35,424 nucleotides of DNA from a virus: positions 1-35,424 of the IMG/VR virus record IMGVR_UViG_3300014039_000010. The stretch is one strand, 5' to 3'. The notes below the pieces were generated by a model that was not told where the DNA came from, made no database searches, and saw only the letters and a program-made list of their open reading frames with translations. A program made the translations under genes and the position numbers. Positions 32,438 through 35,424 of this stretch are shown piece after piece (within the stretch, counting starts at the first letter, position 1; each line of letters starts with the position of its first letter).

Positions 32438-33953
32438 TTATAAGTATTACAGAATCTATATCACAGATTTCAGACGAAATAATGTCGTGCAGGCGTTCGC
32501 AAATATTGGAGAGATTTATCTATATGATATGAGTGATATAGAGATATCTACGAGAGATGGATGTGTATATACTGCAAGCAGTAGTTATAACAGTGCTAAT
32601 GACGCAAGCAAAGCTTTTGACAAGCTATCATCAACGCAGTGGCACAGTGCGCTTACTGGCACGACGCAGTGGATATGTATAGAGTTCCCAGAAGCGGTAT
32701 CTTTAAAGTCTTTTGGTATAACCGCAGCGCAGGACTGCATTAATTCTTTTTCGTTTGAAGCTTCAAACGACGGGCAGACATGGGATACACTACTTACACA
32801 GACAGACATATACAGCGGATGGACGATGACGGTTGAGCGCAAATTTGACTTGCCTATTATAATTGAATATAGCAGTGCAGAAGATATCGTCTCTGGAGTT
32901 GATAACGCTAAACAGACAAGGACAAACAGCAAGCTTGACGACGGAAGCGACAGTGTTACAGGCGTTGACTTTTTCACGTATAACGGAGATGCGGTAAGCA
33001 ATGTCTATTTAAACGGCAACAGCTATGTCGGATTTGGCAGTGATGCGGCGGATTTAAAGGTCAATAACCGCGATAATGCTATGTATAATAATTGGCGAGA
33101 AGAGGGTTCTTTAAACGGTGTCCGCTTCCTCCGTGTTCGCTGGGGCGGCTATGCAAACTATAACGTGCAGTATGATGAATATAAATTGATTTATGACGTG
33201 CTTATGTTTGAGACTGGCGATATCTGCTTATATATGGCAGATATACCGACAAGCAATAATACAGGCGATTATAAGCTTGGAGATCAGACATTTACCGCAC
33301 CAACGACGGATAACAGGTGGGTTACTTTTTACAAGACGAACACTGGCTTTGAGGTCAAGTATGAACCTATATCTTTTGTACAGTCGCTTACTAAATACTT
33401 GATACGTAACGAAGGTACACTATACACGGTTGCAGATGGCGCACTGTCAGAAGTGACAGGCGATCTTACAGCAGAGCTTTTTCAATCATCCGGAGTTGAT
33501 GAAGTACCAGACGGCACATTACTTATGGCGTTAAGTGCGCCAGAAGTGCTTTGCTGGACGAATAAGGATGCAGTGCCGGTACTTACTGCAACAGTGCAAG
33601 GAGTACCGACGGGGGAGCACGGTATAGTAAGCGACGAGATACCGGTCGGACATTCGAGCATCTATGGAATAAAAAGCGTAGTCGCAACAGCAAGCGACGG
33701 AGCAACATTTTTACTTTCGTTTGACGGAGGCGCATGGATGGCTTATACTGATGGTACGTGGAGTGCATCTGATGACGGAATGACGGCGGCAGAACTTATG
33801 GCGATATCTTCTACGGCGTGGAGTAGCGTTATAAATTCGGCGCAGTATATGCAGTTAAAGGCGATAATCAGCGGTGTTGAGACGGTAACGCAAGTCGTTT
33901 TTAATTTCAATAACGAATCGCCTACGTCTCAGAGCGAAGAAAGCGAGGTATAA
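32430..33953 (+). CDS. Receptor-binding / tail fibre protein with an N-terminal F5/8 type C (discoidin) carbohydrate-binding-like domain
   Basis: 507 aa, GTG start. SANDASKAFDKLSSTQWHS....TQWICIEFPEAVSLKSFGI resembles the discoidin-domain signature. Confidence 0.6.
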   Translation: MSSYKYYRIYITDFRRNNVVQAFANIGEIYLYDMSDIEISTRDGCVYTASSSYNSANDASKAFDKLSSTQWHSALTGTTQWICIEFPEAVSLKSFGITAAQDCINSFSFEASNDGQTWDTLLTQTDIYSGWTMTVERKFDLPIIIEYSSAEDIVSGVDNAKQTRTNSKLDDGSDSVTGVDFFTYNGDAVSNVYLNGNSYVGFGSDAADLKVNNRDNAMYNNWREEGSLNGVRFLRVRWGGYANYNVQYDEYKLIYDVLMFETGDICLYMADIPTSNNTGDYKLGDQTFTAPTTDNRWVTFYKTNTGFEVKYEPISFVQSLTKYLIRNEGTLYTVADGALSEVTGDLTAELFQSSGVDEVPDGTLLMALSAPEVLCWTNKDAVPVLTATVQGVPTGEHGIVSDEIPVGHSSIYGIKSVVATASDGATFLLSFDGGAWMAYTDGTWSASDDGMTAAELMAISSTAWSSVINSAQYMQLKAIISGVETVTQVVFNFNNESPTSQSEESEV

Positions 33954-33954
33954 T

Positions 33955-35424
33955 ATGAGCTTAAAAGGTAGTGCTACTATCGAATTGACAAATGCAGACG
34001 GTAGCAAAGAGATTATTAAGCATGACAATCTTGTCACAAATGCGGTGAATGACTTGTGCATGTCTCAGCGTGGCGAGATGGCAACAATATTGAAAATTGT
34101 CAATAACGGAGACAGCTATGCACAGGCACTTTTTGGCGGTCTGTTACTTTTCGATGAAGAGCTTGACGACGACGCGAATAGTTACTTTTTGCCGACGGTT
34201 AAATGTACCGGGTATGCATCACAGGACGCATATGCAGGACTTGATACGTGTAGAGGTTCGTTTAATGCGTCCGAGGGCGGCGTACAGGATGACGGAAGCT
34301 ATAAGTTTGTATGGGATTTTGCAACATCGCAGGCAAATGGCACGATCAAGTCGCTTGCACTTGTGCCAAACATGATGGGGCAGATTGGGCTTACGTCAAG
34401 CAAGGTTAGTGGTGAAGCTAAGACTATGTATATGAAGCGAACAAATACTGAACCGTTTGATAGCAGAGGATATATGCTTCCGGATGGCACGGTTGATGGT
34501 TTCCAGGCAAATGGACTATATATTGTTGCTGTGGTTGACGATATCGCATATGCTGCATCCGCGGATAACATTGGATATCGAGGATCCGGTGCAAGTTCTA
34601 GCTTATGCATCACGAACAACGGCGGAATATTAAAGCTTTTGCGATTTAAGCTTGGCGCAAGTAGTATCGCACTTACGGATAAAGTGTGTCGTGCGAGCTA
34701 TATTGATACAGTTGACGTCCAACTTCCAACAGATTTTATGAGTACGATTACTTATCAGAATTATCAAAATTTAATTGCGTTAAATTACGACAAAGATAAC
34801 AACAAAATTATCGTTTTTCCATGTGCAAGAGTAAGCAATTTGCCCGCAAATTCGACACTTAAATATTGTGAGATTGATCTAAGTAATAACTACGCTGTTG
34901 CTGTTTACACTTTTACAAATAACACAGGTGGTAGTATCCCAAGCAGTGGAAAGACTGGTATCAATTCATGTGAGTATAAATTTTTCGTCATGAAAGACTA
35001 TATTCTTGTGACTTCTAAATCATCGTCTAATGAGTACAAGATGTATTCTGTGAAGCGAAGCGATAATACGCAGATCAAAGAGATACAGGACATGAACGGG
35101 GCGGCGTTGCAACTTGGTTTAGATATTGGATTTTGTCCTGTTTTTTGGAAAAACAATATCATAGTAATCAAATACAGGTTAAGTGCTAATTACAGGTATC
35201 TTGTGATTGATCTTGCAACAGGAAAGATGAAAGACACTAACACGGCGATAATGTCGGATTTTAACAACATCGACATCGGACATGAATCCGTATTCGCTAT
35301 GACAGGACAGAACTTGACATATAGTATGAGCTTTAATCCTTTTGTGCTTTGTACAAAGAATAATCTCGATAGCCCAGTCACGAAAACAGCAAGTCAGACG
35401 ATGAAGATCACGTATACGCTGTCC
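33955..35424 (+). CDS. Distal tail / receptor-binding-module protein. It runs off the window end and continues at 1..135, for 508 aa in total.
   Basis: ATG 33955 lies 1 nt after the previous stop. I translated 490 codons by hand without a stop. It is absent from the track because it has no in-window stop. Confidence 0.7.
   Translation, partial: MSLKGSATIELTNADGSKEIIKHDNLVTNAVNDLCMSQRGEMATILKIVNNGDSYAQALFGGLLLFDEELDDDANSYFLPTVKCTGYASQDAYAGLDTCRGSFNASEGGVQDDGSYKFVWDFATSQANGTIKSLALVPNMMGQIGLTSSKVSGEAKTMYMKRTNTEPFDSRGYMLPDGTVDGFQANGLYIVAVVDDIAYAASADNIGYRGSGASSSLCITNNGGILKLLRFKLGASSIALTDKVCRASYIDTVDVQLPTDFMSTITYQNYQNLIALNYDKDNNKIIVFPCARVSNLPANSTLKYCEIDLSNNYAVAVYTFTNNTGGSIPSSGKTGINSCEYKFFVMKDYILVTSKSSSNEYKMYSVKRSDNTQIKEIQDMNGAALQLGLDIGFCPVFWKNNIIVIKYRLSANYRYLVIDLATGKMKDTNTAIMSDFNNIDIGHESVFAMTGQNLTYSMSFNPFVLCTKNNLDSPVTKTASQTMKITYTLS
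35347..35424. repeat. 78-bp terminal overlap identical to 1-78 (circular closure of the contig)
   Basis: Base-by-base identity with the first 78 nt. The ORF phase is preserved across the junction. Confidence 0.9.

Overview
The window is one complete, circularly closed temperate tailed-phage (siphovirus-type) genome. Bases 1-78 are identical to 35347-35424, giving a unit length of 35,346 bp, and the last tail gene reads in frame through the junction. Apart from two leftward genes, a large serine integrase and a CI-like XRE repressor at 624-2427, everything is on the + strand. In order, the modules are:

- Small early ORFs, 2.6-3.9 kb.
- A Cro-like HTH gene followed by a recombination and replication module at 4-12.1 kb: Gp157-like, Sak4-like ATPase, SSB-like protein, CHC2 zinc-finger protein, SF3 helicase, iteron origin, Hjc-like resolvase and SF2 helicase.
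- A second small-ORF block with a GH25/CW_7 endolysin, 12.2-14.8 kb.
- A PP-loop (PAPS-reductase-like) enzyme.
- TerS, TerL, portal and a MuF protein fused to an HEXXH domain.
- An inserted AT-rich iteron region carrying a tandem-HTH gene.
- Scaffold, capsid, neck, tail tube, frameshifted chaperones, tape measure, tail tip and receptor-binding proteins.
- A membrane-anchored coiled-coil protein and a holin.

The points most worth a second look are:

1. A 15-bp palindromic operator (TACGYT-N3-AACGTA) occurs 7 times, placed identically in three early promoters. A variant box is shared by two late-operon heads.
2. An origin-like iteron and AT-rich region is partly duplicated inside the head-morphogenesis module, next to an independently transcribed tandem-HTH gene.
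3. Two early operon leaders are paralogous and carry hairpins with compensatory changes.
4. The MuF-HEXXH fusion has the layout of a polymorphic toxin and is followed by an overlapping 51-aa ORF.
5. The lysis functions are split between two loci.

All family assignments come from reading motifs by eye. No searches were run.
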